56,509 nt of DNA from an uncultured bacterium. GTDB lineage: Bacteria; Bacillota; Clostridia; Christensenellales; UBA1242. The DNA lies in contig CASXBC010000005.1 in assembly GCA_949474265.1 (NCBI GenBank), forward strand, positions 1-56,509. The letters are read 5' to 3'. The notes below the pieces were generated by a model. That model ran no database searches and was not told the DNA's origin. It saw only the letters and a program-made list of their open reading frames with translations. Shown in pieces: positions 49,103 to 56,509 of this stretch; position 1 is the stretch's first letter; each line of letters opens with the position of its first letter. The translations under genes were made by a program, and so were the position numbers.

Positions 49103-50500
49103 TTAAAGTTGTTTTATCATCATGAAGTTTGAACCACTCTTTCCGGCTACGAGTCCGCTGACAAGCACAACTTTATCTCCTTTGTTTACATAACCTGTTT
49201 CCATTGCTTTTTCTAGAGAACTTTTATTGAGTTCGTCAATGTTTTTATAATTCTTATCCATAACAGGTATAACACCATAAAGTATGCTCATTTGATGATA
49301 TGTTTTTTCAGATGGAGTGCAAGCAATGATTGGAACATTTGGGCGGAAGCGGCTGATGTTTTCTGCGGTTTCTCCGGTTTTTGTAACGGCAATGATTGCC
49401 TTGATGTCATCAGTTCTTGAAAGTGAGTATGCGGCATAACCAAGGCTCTTTGATGTGTCATGAGTTTTGATTGGAGTTTCAAGTCCTTCAATATAGTTTT
49501 CAGCTTCAAGAGAAATTCTTGACATAGTGGTCACTGCTTCAACAGGAAATTGTCCAGAGGCAGTTTCACCAGAAAGCATAACATTTGTTGAACCATCAAA
49601 AACAGCATTTGCAACATCACTGATTTCCGCTCTGGTTGGGCGAGCGTTTGAAATCATGCTTTCAAGCATTTGAGTTGCTGTGATTGTGATTTTGCCAGCC
49701 TCATTACATTTTGCAATCCAATCTTTTTGAAGGAATGGAATTTTTACAAAATCAATCTCAACTCCAAGGTCTCCACGAGCAACCATAATTCCGTCAGAAT
49801 GCTTTAAAATTTTATCAAAGTTTTTTACGCCTTCTTCGCTTTCAATTTTTGAAATAATTTTTGGGCTTGTGAATTTTATTTCTTTAAGGTATTTTTTTAT
49901 TTCGAGCACATCTTCGCCATAGTTTACAAAAGAAATAGCAATAAACTCTGCATTTATTTCTTTGGCAAAAAATAAATCCTTTTTGTCTTGTTCGCTTAAG
50001 TATGGCATTTCAGTCTTTACACCTGGGAGGTTGATACTTTTATTATTGGAAAGTTCTCCTCCATGCACAACTGTGCATACAATGTCAGTTGCAGTAGTTT
50101 TATCAACCTTTAGTTCAATATTTCCATCATTGAGAAGTATTTTTGTGCCTTTTTCCAACACCTTTGGAAGGTTTTTGTAAGTGATAGACACTTTTTCTTC
50201 ATTTCCAACAATATCTTTTGCTGTCAATGTAAATTTTTCTCCTTCAAGCAATTTGATTTTTCCATTTTCAAATTGTTTGATTCTGATTTCTGGTCCTTTA
50301 GTGTCTATCATTATGCCTATAGAGGCATTTTTGTTTTTTCTTGCAGTTTTTACTGCGTCAATCATTTTTTTGTGCGATTCATGAGTGCCGTGACTCATAT
50401 TGAATCTTGCAACATCCATCCCTGCATCAATCAACTTTTCAAGTGTCTCAACTTGACAGCTTGTAGGTCCAATTGAGCATACAATTTTTGTTTTGTTCAT
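49103..50500 (-). CDS. pyk: Pyruvate kinase
   Basis: TKIVCSIGP, RFNMSHG, DTKGPEIR, MVARGDLGVE, ATQMLESM, MLSGETA. Confidence 0.99.
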   Translation of the reverse strand: MNKTKIVCSIGPTSCQVETLEKLIDAGMDVARFNMSHGTHESHKKMIDAVKTARKNKNASIGIMIDTKGPEIRIKQFENGKIKLLEGEKFTLTAKDIVGNEEKVSITYKNLPKVLEKGTKILLNDGNIELKVDKTTATDIVCTVVHGGELSNNKSINLPGVKTEMPYLSEQDKKDLFFAKEINAEFIAISFVNYGEDVLEIKKYLKEIKFTSPKIISKIESEEGVKNFDKILKHSDGIMVARGDLGVEIDFVKIPFLQKDWIAKCNEAGKITITATQMLESMISNARPTRAEISDVANAVFDGSTNVMLSGETASGQFPVEAVTTMSRISLEAENYIEGLETPIKTHDTSKSLGYAAYSLSRTDDIKAIIAVTKTGETAENISRFRPNVPIIACTPSEKTYHQMSILYGVIPVMDKNYKNIDELNKSSLEKAMETGYVNKGDKVVLVSGLVAGKSGSNFMMIKQL

Positions 50501-50715
50501 AAGATTTTTCTCCTAACAGTATGATAGCAATATTTTGTGAAAAATGCAAATTTATTTGTTAATATTTTTATATATGCCAAGCTTTCAATCTTGATAAAAA
50601 TTTGGTTAATGTCAATAATTTCGTCAAAAAGAGCAAAAAAAAGGAATACTTTTTTGCAAAATGGTTGTTTTCTGTTTTTTTATATGTTAAAATAGACAAG
50701 AACAAGGAGCGTGTT

Positions 50716-50952
50716 ATGAACAGTATGCTTTTGAGCTTTGGTGGAAAAATTAAAGATTGGGTGACAATCACTTGGAGCCAAACTACTTATATTATTGTTG
50801 TTTGTGTTTTGGGTGTTTGTGGGCTTTTGCTCTTGTCTTCATATCTTAAAACCAACTTTAATAAAGGCAAAAAGGTTAAATGGGGTCCACTTGTGTTGGC
50901 ACTTATTTTGTTTGGTTTGCTTGCAGCAGTGACTGCTCTTAGATATGCTTAA
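50716..50952 (+). CDS. Small two-TM membrane protein
   Basis: SD AAGGAG before ATG 50716; two hydrophobic helices; upstream of secG. Confidence 0.7.
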   Translation: MNSMLLSFGGKIKDWVTITWSQTTYIIVVCVLGVCGLLLLSSYLKTNFNKGKKVKWGPLVLALILFGLLAAVTALRYA

Positions 50953-50971
50953 AATTTAAGGAGATTTGAAA

Positions 50972-51283
50972 ATGCTTAATGATATGCTTTTGAAAAGTTA
51001 TCCAATGTGGGTGACAAAGTCATTCCCTGTGATAAGAATTGTGCTTTTCTGTTTGGTTGTTGCAGCCGCAATTATTTTAATTATTACCACTCTTCTTCAA
51101 AATGAAGATTCTGGTGGAACAAATGCAATCACAGGTCAACAAGAAAGCTATTATTCAAAAAACAAAGGTGGTTCTCGTGATGGCAAACTTAAAATCATAA
51201 CTATTGTTTGTGCAATTGTTGTGGTTGTTTGCGTGCTTTTGTATTTTGTGAGCTTCTTGATTTTGCCTATTGATGCTGCATAG
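50972..51283 (+). CDS. secG: Preprotein translocase subunit SecG
   Basis: TM-LLQ-GG-AITG-YY-K-L--IT-TM pattern; conserved secG-rnr-smpB order. Confidence 0.9.
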   Translation: MLNDMLLKSYPMWVTKSFPVIRIVLFCLVVAAAIILIITTLLQNEDSGGTNAITGQQESYYSKNKGGSRDGKLKIITIVCAIVVVVCVLLYFVSFLILPIDAA

Positions 51284-51291
51284 AGGAAAAA

Positions 51292-53382
51292 ATGAGCAAA
51301 AAGAAAAAAATATTGGAATTAATTGATAAAAATAGTTTGGTTTATTCAAGTGTTGACAAACTATTTTTGTTTTTGGCATCTGCACTTGATATTGATGAGG
51401 CAGAGGTAAAAAGACTTTTCTATTATCTTGTTGAAAATGGAGAAATCTTTGAGATAAGAAAAAATAAATTTATAACTGTCCCTTCTCATGGATATGTAAA
51501 GGGAGAGTTTTTTGGCACTGCAAAAGGCTTTGGTTTTGTAAAAACTGATAGCTTTGTTGATGATGTTTTTATTCCTGCAAACAAAACTGCTGGTGCTCTT
51601 GATGGAGAACATGTTGTTGTCAAAATACTTTCACAATCTGGAGATGGAATTGATGGAGAGGTTGTTGGAGTTTATAAAGAACTTGAAGGTATTGTCGGGG
51701 CAATAAATATTGTTGGTGGAAATTATTTTTTAAATCCAGACAATACAAAAATTCCTTTTGATATTCCTATAGTGAAAACGGGGCTTAAGCTTGAGAAAAA
51801 TATGAAAGTTTTGGCGACCATTCAAAGGACAGAAGGCAAAAAAATCAAATGTGTTGTAAAGGAAATCCTTGGTTTTGAAGATGATGTCAAAGCGTTGGAG
51901 CTTTCAATCATCAGAGACCACAACCTTTTTGAGAGATTTCCAACTCCTGTGTTGGAAGCTGAAAAGAAAGTGCCAAAGTCTGTTTCAGAAAGTCAGAAAA
52001 AAGGTAGACTTGACTTAACTAAAGAGAGAATATTCACCATTGATGGTGCAGATGCAAAAGACTTTGATGATGCTGTTAATATCAAAAAATTTGATGATTA
52101 TTATGAAGTTGGTGTGCATATTGCTGACGTTGGAGAATATGTAAAGCAAGGCAATGTTTTTGATGAAGAGGCTTATAAGCGAGGCACTAGTGTGTATTTT
52201 CCAACCTCTGTGCTTCCAATGCTTCCTGTTTCCCTTTCAAATGGAATTTGCTCTTTGAATGAAGGTGTGGATAGACTTACTCTTTCATGTATTATGAAGG
52301 TAAACTTTAATGGTGAAGTTGTGGATTATCAGATTTGTGAATCTGTGATAAAAAGCATGGCAAGATTCACTTACACTGAGGTTTATGATGCAATCATTGG
52401 AAAAGCACTCAATGACAAAACAAGAAAGTTTCAAAAAGATTTCTTGATTATGAGAGAGCTTTGTGACATATTGGAGTCAAACACAATCAAACGTGGTGCT
52501 CTTGATTTGGAAATCCCTGAAGTGCAATTTGTTTTTGATGACAAAGGCATGGCAGTGGATATTGAAAGAAGAGAAAGAAATGCGGCTCACAGACTTATTG
52601 AGGACTTTATGGTGCTTGCGAATGAAACTGTTGCAAGACATTTCAACAAGCTTGGCATACCATTTGTCTATCGTGTGCATGAAGCTCCAACAAAAGAGAA
52701 AGTGAAGAGTGTTTGTGATTTTCTTAAGGGGATTGGCGTGCCATACCCACAAGCACCAGATGACATCAAGCCAAAATATTTTCAAGATATTTTGGAGAGT
52801 GTAGAGCAATTGAACACAAAGGAAGTTGTCAATAAGATTGTTTTGCGTTCTATGACCAAAGCAAAATATTCAAACAAAAATCTCGGTCACTTTGGTTTGG
52901 CTCTTATTGACTATTGTCACTTTACTTCTCCAATCAGAAGATATCCTGATTTGACCATTCACAGAATTATAAAAGAGTGGTTGCACAAAAAAGGAAACAT
53001 CTCCGTGACAAGAAGAGAAGAGTTGGACGAGTTTGCTTTTGAGTCTGCCGAACAATCTTCAAGCTGTGAAAGAAATGCTGATTATGCTGAGAGAGATGTT
53101 GATGACCTTTGGAAAGCATATTTGATGAAAGACAGAGTTGGAGAAGTTTTTGAGGCAACAATTTCAAGTGTTACAAATTTTGGAATTTTTGTTAGCCTTG
53201 AAAACACTGTTGAAGGTCTTGTAAAAATAGAGGACTTGCCAGAGGATGCTTATATGTTTTTGGAAAGACAACTCAAGCTTAAGGGTGGCAGTCATTTGTT
53301 CTCACTTGGAGACAAAGTCAAGGTTACGCTTACAAATGTCAATTTACAGGCTAGAAACATTGATTTCAAAATTGTTGAATAA
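51292..53382 (+). CDS. rnr: Ribonuclease R
   Basis: GFGFV cold-shock domain, TIDGADAKDFDDA, HIADV, HFTSPIRRYPDL, S1. Confidence 0.97.
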   Translation: MSKKKKILELIDKNSLVYSSVDKLFLFLASALDIDEAEVKRLFYYLVENGEIFEIRKNKFITVPSHGYVKGEFFGTAKGFGFVKTDSFVDDVFIPANKTAGALDGEHVVVKILSQSGDGIDGEVVGVYKELEGIVGAINIVGGNYFLNPDNTKIPFDIPIVKTGLKLEKNMKVLATIQRTEGKKIKCVVKEILGFEDDVKALELSIIRDHNLFERFPTPVLEAEKKVPKSVSESQKKGRLDLTKERIFTIDGADAKDFDDAVNIKKFDDYYEVGVHIADVGEYVKQGNVFDEEAYKRGTSVYFPTSVLPMLPVSLSNGICSLNEGVDRLTLSCIMKVNFNGEVVDYQICESVIKSMARFTYTEVYDAIIGKALNDKTRKFQKDFLIMRELCDILESNTIKRGALDLEIPEVQFVFDDKGMAVDIERRERNAAHRLIEDFMVLANETVARHFNKLGIPFVYRVHEAPTKEKVKSVCDFLKGIGVPYPQAPDDIKPKYFQDILESVEQLNTKEVVNKIVLRSMTKAKYSNKNLGHFGLALIDYCHFTSPIRRYPDLTIHRIIKEWLHKKGNISVTRREELDEFAFESAEQSSSCERNADYAERDVDDLWKAYLMKDRVGEVFEATISSVTNFGIFVSLENTVEGLVKIEDLPEDAYMFLERQLKLKGGSHLFSLGDKVKVTLTNVNLQARNIDFKIVE

Positions 53383-53499
53383 TATTGATAAAAAAATGGT
53401 TAAATTTGTAAGTTTTTGTGAAAAAAACGCCATTTTTTTTATCTTTTTTATTAAATGCTATTGAAAAATATAATTCTTAGTGATATAATAGGAGGAGAA

Positions 53500-53940
53500 A
53501 TGAAGGTTATATCAAACAACAAGAGGGCATACTTTGACTACTTCGTTTCAGACTTGGTTGAGGCTGGAATTGTTTTGGAAGGCAGTGAAGTTAAGTCAGT
53601 GCGAGCTGGTGGTGCAAGCTTGTCAGAAAGTTTTGTTGTTGTTAAAAACAATGAAATTTTTTTGAAAAATGCTTACATTAAACCATACGAACAGACATCT
53701 TCCTTTAAACCGGACGAGAGAAGAACGAGAAAATTGCTTTTAAACAAAAGTGAAATTTCAAAGTTTTCAAGAGCGGTTAAGGAAAAAGGTTTTACAGTTG
53801 TTGCCACAAAGATTTATTTCAATAAGTCTGGCAAAGTTAAAGTGGAAATCGGACTCGCAAAAGGTAAGAAACTTTATGACAAGCGTCAAACTCTGAAAGA
53901 AAAATCAGTTAAACGAGAACTTGAGCGTTCTTCGATTTAA
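53500..53940 (+). CDS. smpB: SsrA-binding protein
   Basis: NKRAYFDY, EAGIVLEGSEVKSVR, RTRKLLL, GKKLYDKR; SD GGAGG. Confidence 0.98.
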   Translation: MKVISNNKRAYFDYFVSDLVEAGIVLEGSEVKSVRAGGASLSESFVVVKNNEIFLKNAYIKPYEQTSSFKPDERRTRKLLLNKSEISKFSRAVKEKGFTVVATKIYFNKSGKVKVEIGLAKGKKLYDKRQTLKEKSVKRELERSSI

Positions 53941-53946
53941 ACTTTT

Positions 53947-54341
53947 GGGGACGATTTTGGTTTCGACGGAGATTTATGTGAATTTCATAAAGCATGTGGT
54001 GATTGCCCAGCACCTATAAATTGGACAAAGCGAATAAACGCAGAAAAAGAAAACGTTGTTTCTTTCAATAGTGTTGCTGTTGCTGCCTAACTGAATTAAA
54101 CGACAACTTGATTGAATTTTTCAATCTGCTCACCTTTTGATTTGCCATCAAAAGAATTGGGTATCATCTCAGGCAAAAATTTTGTAGAAAGTTTTCCTTG
54201 TATCTGCAAAAAATTTTAAGGAATAGTTTTTAAAGTCTGTTTATGGACAAATTAAAAATGAATTTCAAGCATAAACTAAACATGTAGAAAGGTCTTTTGC
54301 AGGATTTTCGGACGAGGGTTCAATTCCCTCCGTCTCCACCA
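53947..54341 (+). ncRNA. ssrA: tmRNA; tag ORF 54040-54090 encodes AEKENVVSFNSVAVAA
   Basis: GGGGACG/CGTCTCC-ACCA acceptor stem with G3-U; 5' GGTTTCGACGG; T-arm GGGTTCAATTCCC; tag ends in AA-stop; 6 nt after smpB. Confidence 0.96.
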
Positions 54342-54435
54342 AAAATTATTATTTGTCTGAAAAGTGCATCTTTTGATTTAACTTTTGTAAAGCCTATGAC
54401 ATATATCTAAATTTAAAAAGGAAGGTAATTTTGCT

Positions 54436-55611
54436 ATGTTTAATTCACTCTTAAATGCTGGTAGCGGAAACATCAATTCACTTATTTTGGATGTGTTTAT
54501 CATCTTCGCAGTTGTGCTTGCTGGTTCTCTTATTATTTATTTCTTGTTTGAAATGGTAAATGCTATTGTTTCAAAGTCTGGCAAACCAAAAGATGAAGAT
54601 AGATTGATTTTTGACGAAAAAGAAAAGAATGCTGAAGTGAAGGGTATTGTTGAATCTTTCAATATTGATGAACAAAAATCACAAGAGCCTGTGGCTTTGG
54701 TTGAAAATGTTGAAGAAGCACCACTTGCACCTGAGACAGTTGAAGTTGAAGAGACAGTGATTGATGTTGATGATTCAAAAGCTGAAGCTGAAAAGGTAGA
54801 GCTTGATGCTGAAAAAGAGCGTGAAGAAAGAGAAAATGCTGAAAGAAGAGCATATTTGGAAGCAAGAAGACAAGAAATCCTTAGAAGAATGCAAGAAAAC
54901 TCAGACAAAGAAGAAACTGAAGAACAGCCAGCTGAGGAAAATGTTGAAACAGAACAAGAGGAGACAACTGAAGAGGTTGAAGAGCCTGCTGAAGTTGAAC
55001 AACCAACTCCAGAAGCAGACCACTTAGAAGGTGAAAGAAGAGCTCTTGAGGAAGAAAAACAAAGATATGCAACAATGGTAAGAGAACTTGAGGAGGCTAA
55101 AAAAGCACTTGCAGAACAAAAGAAAGAGCCAGAAGTAAAGACTGTAGTTGTAAATCAAAAACTTGCTGGACTTTCAATTGATGAACTTAAAAAGAAACTT
55201 GCAAAAACAGAAGCTAGACTTATTGCTACTGAAAAAGAGTTTAAACAATGCAGAAAAGAATTTATCCCTCTTCAAAGAGTTTGGACCACTCATGAGAGAG
55301 ATGAAAAGAAACTTAGAAGAAAAGAAGCACTTGTTGCAAAACAAAAAGTTTTGCTTTATGGTGTAAACAACTATGCTGATATTGATGAAGATAAAGCTAA
55401 AAAACTTTCTGAGGACCTTGACCTTTTAGATGGACTTAAACTTTCTGTTCAACATTGCGAAGAAGTTATGAAAAACAATGAAGAAAGATACCCTCTTCTT
55501 GAAAAGATGTACAATGTTTTGAAGGCTAGAAATGAGGACCTTAAAAATGATGTTGAGTCTTTGACTGCTGAAATTGCTAGACTTGAAAAGGAACAAAATT
55601 CTGAAGATTAA
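54436..55611 (+). CDS. Hypothetical membrane-anchored acidic coiled-coil protein
   Basis: One N-terminal TM, E-rich disordered linkers, C-terminal heptad region; terminator at 55617-55645. Confidence 0.8.
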   Translation: MFNSLLNAGSGNINSLILDVFIIFAVVLAGSLIIYFLFEMVNAIVSKSGKPKDEDRLIFDEKEKNAEVKGIVESFNIDEQKSQEPVALVENVEEAPLAPETVEVEETVIDVDDSKAEAEKVELDAEKEREERENAERRAYLEARRQEILRRMQENSDKEETEEQPAEENVETEQEETTEEVEEPAEVEQPTPEADHLEGERRALEEEKQRYATMVRELEEAKKALAEQKKEPEVKTVVVNQKLAGLSIDELKKKLAKTEARLIATEKEFKQCRKEFIPLQRVWTTHERDEKKLRRKEALVAKQKVLLYGVNNYADIDEDKAKKLSEDLDLLDGLKLSVQHCEEVMKNNEERYPLLEKMYNVLKARNEDLKNDVESLTAEIARLEKEQNSED

Positions 55612-55703
55612 TAAACAAAAAGCCACCATTTTTGGTGGTTTTTTTGTCGAAATGTTTTTAATTTTGTTTTGTGTATATAATAACTTTTGATATAATAAGC
55701 AAT

Positions 55704-56509
55704 ATGAATAACTTTTTTTCTAAAACAACTGAAGAGGTTTTGTCAGAGGTTCAGGCGACTGAGGCTGGACTTTCTTATCGTGAGGCAAAAACCAGACTTG
55801 AGGCAAATGGAAAAAATGAGCTTTCTCAAAAGAAAAAAACGAGCAGTTTTTTGAAGTTTTTGGGGCAATTTAAAGATGTACTTATCATAGTTTTGCTTTT
55901 GAGTAGTTTGGTGAGTGTTGTTATAGGTATTATTCAAAAATCCTATGAAGAGTTTATTGATGCTGGCATAATTTTGATAATTGTGCTTGTCAATGCTGTC
56001 ATTGGCTTTATTCAAGAAAAAAATTCTGAAAAAGCAATGGATTCTCTAAAAAATTTGACAAAGCCATATTGCAAGGTAAACCGAAATGGAAAGACAATCA
56101 AAATTAAATCTGAAGAACTTGTGGTTGGAGATATAGTAATTTTGGAAGCAGGAGACATTATCCCTGCAGACTTAAGGCTTTTGGAAAGCATGTCTTTAAA
56201 GGTTGAAGAAAGTGCTCTCACAGGTGAAAGCGTGCCTGTTGAAAAAGATGCAACAGTTGTGCTTGAAGAATCTTCTGCTCTTGGAGACAGAATTAACATG
56301 GCATATATGGGCAGTGTTGTCACTTATGGAAGAGGACTTGGTGTTGTTGTGGCATGCGGAATGAACACTGAAATGGGAAAGATTGCAAGTGCCTTAAATG
56401 AAATGGACAATGAAGAAACCCCATTGACTAAGCGTATCAAAAAGACAAGTATAATAATCACAGTTATTGTTTTGCTTGTGTGCTTGGCTGTATTTATACT
56501 TGAAATTTG
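55704..56509 (+). CDS. Cation (Ca2+-type, P2A) P-type ATPase, N-terminal part (runs off the window; not in the ORF track)
   Basis: MNNFFSKTTEEVL...GLS...RLEANGKNEL, QEKNSEKAMDSL, ELVVGDIV, IPADLRL, ESALTGES, GMNTEMGKIA. Confidence 0.95.
   Translation, partial: MNNFFSKTTEEVLSEVQATEAGLSYREAKTRLEANGKNELSQKKKTSSFLKFLGQFKDVLIIVLLLSSLVSVVIGIIQKSYEEFIDAGIILIIVLVNAVIGFIQEKNSEKAMDSLKNLTKPYCKVNRNGKTIKIKSEELVVGDIVILEAGDIIPADLRLLESMSLKVEESALTGESVPVEKDATVVLEESSALGDRINMAYMGSVVTYGRGLGVVVACGMNTEMGKIASALNEMDNEETPLTKRIKKTSIIITVIVLLVCLAVFILEI

Noticed and set aside
53947-54435. Island integrated at the tmRNA 3' end
   Set aside because: No integrase and no duplicated ssrA 3' end in the remaining window
55743-56323. 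Two minus-strand ORFs at the window end
   Set aside because: Shadows of the plus-strand P-type ATPase, which the ORF track missed because it has no stop in the window
1-56509. CRISPR array, prophage, transposase, retron or other reverse transcriptase
   Set aside because: No regularly spaced repeats or recognisable motifs for these found on either strand

Overview
AT-rich chromosomal window from a low-GC Bacillota (Clostridia-like, apparently streamlined) genome. Core genes are rpoC (5'-truncated), recJ-rel-hemZ, rpsO-pnp, xfp, pyk, secG-rnr-smpB-ssrA, a 3'-truncated Ca2+-type P-type ATPase and two tRNAs (Leu-CAA, Thr-GGT). They are interleaved with many stand-alone genes, each with its own promoter and terminator. 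I see no CRISPR array, prophage, integrase or transposase. Most notable observations: (1) the long RelA/SpoT protein has lost its HD hydrolase motifs but keeps an intact synthetase; (2) RpoC has many substitutions at normally near-invariant secondary-channel, F-loop and bridge-helix positions; (3) an XRE + membrane-anchored Mrr nuclease + 2-TM cassette with a 15-bp palindromic operator lies next to a structured ~220-bp element that duplicates the tRNA-Leu 3' end; (4) at least six genes have a -10 box 5-7 nt before the ATG and no Shine-Dalgarno, so they look leaderless; (5) two genes are frameshifted, one at a G8 tract; (6) there are orphan effector-like enzymes (HipA-like kinase, transglutaminase-like protease) and a DUF4011 helicase with a degenerate nuclease. 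All family calls come from reading motifs by eye, not from database searches.
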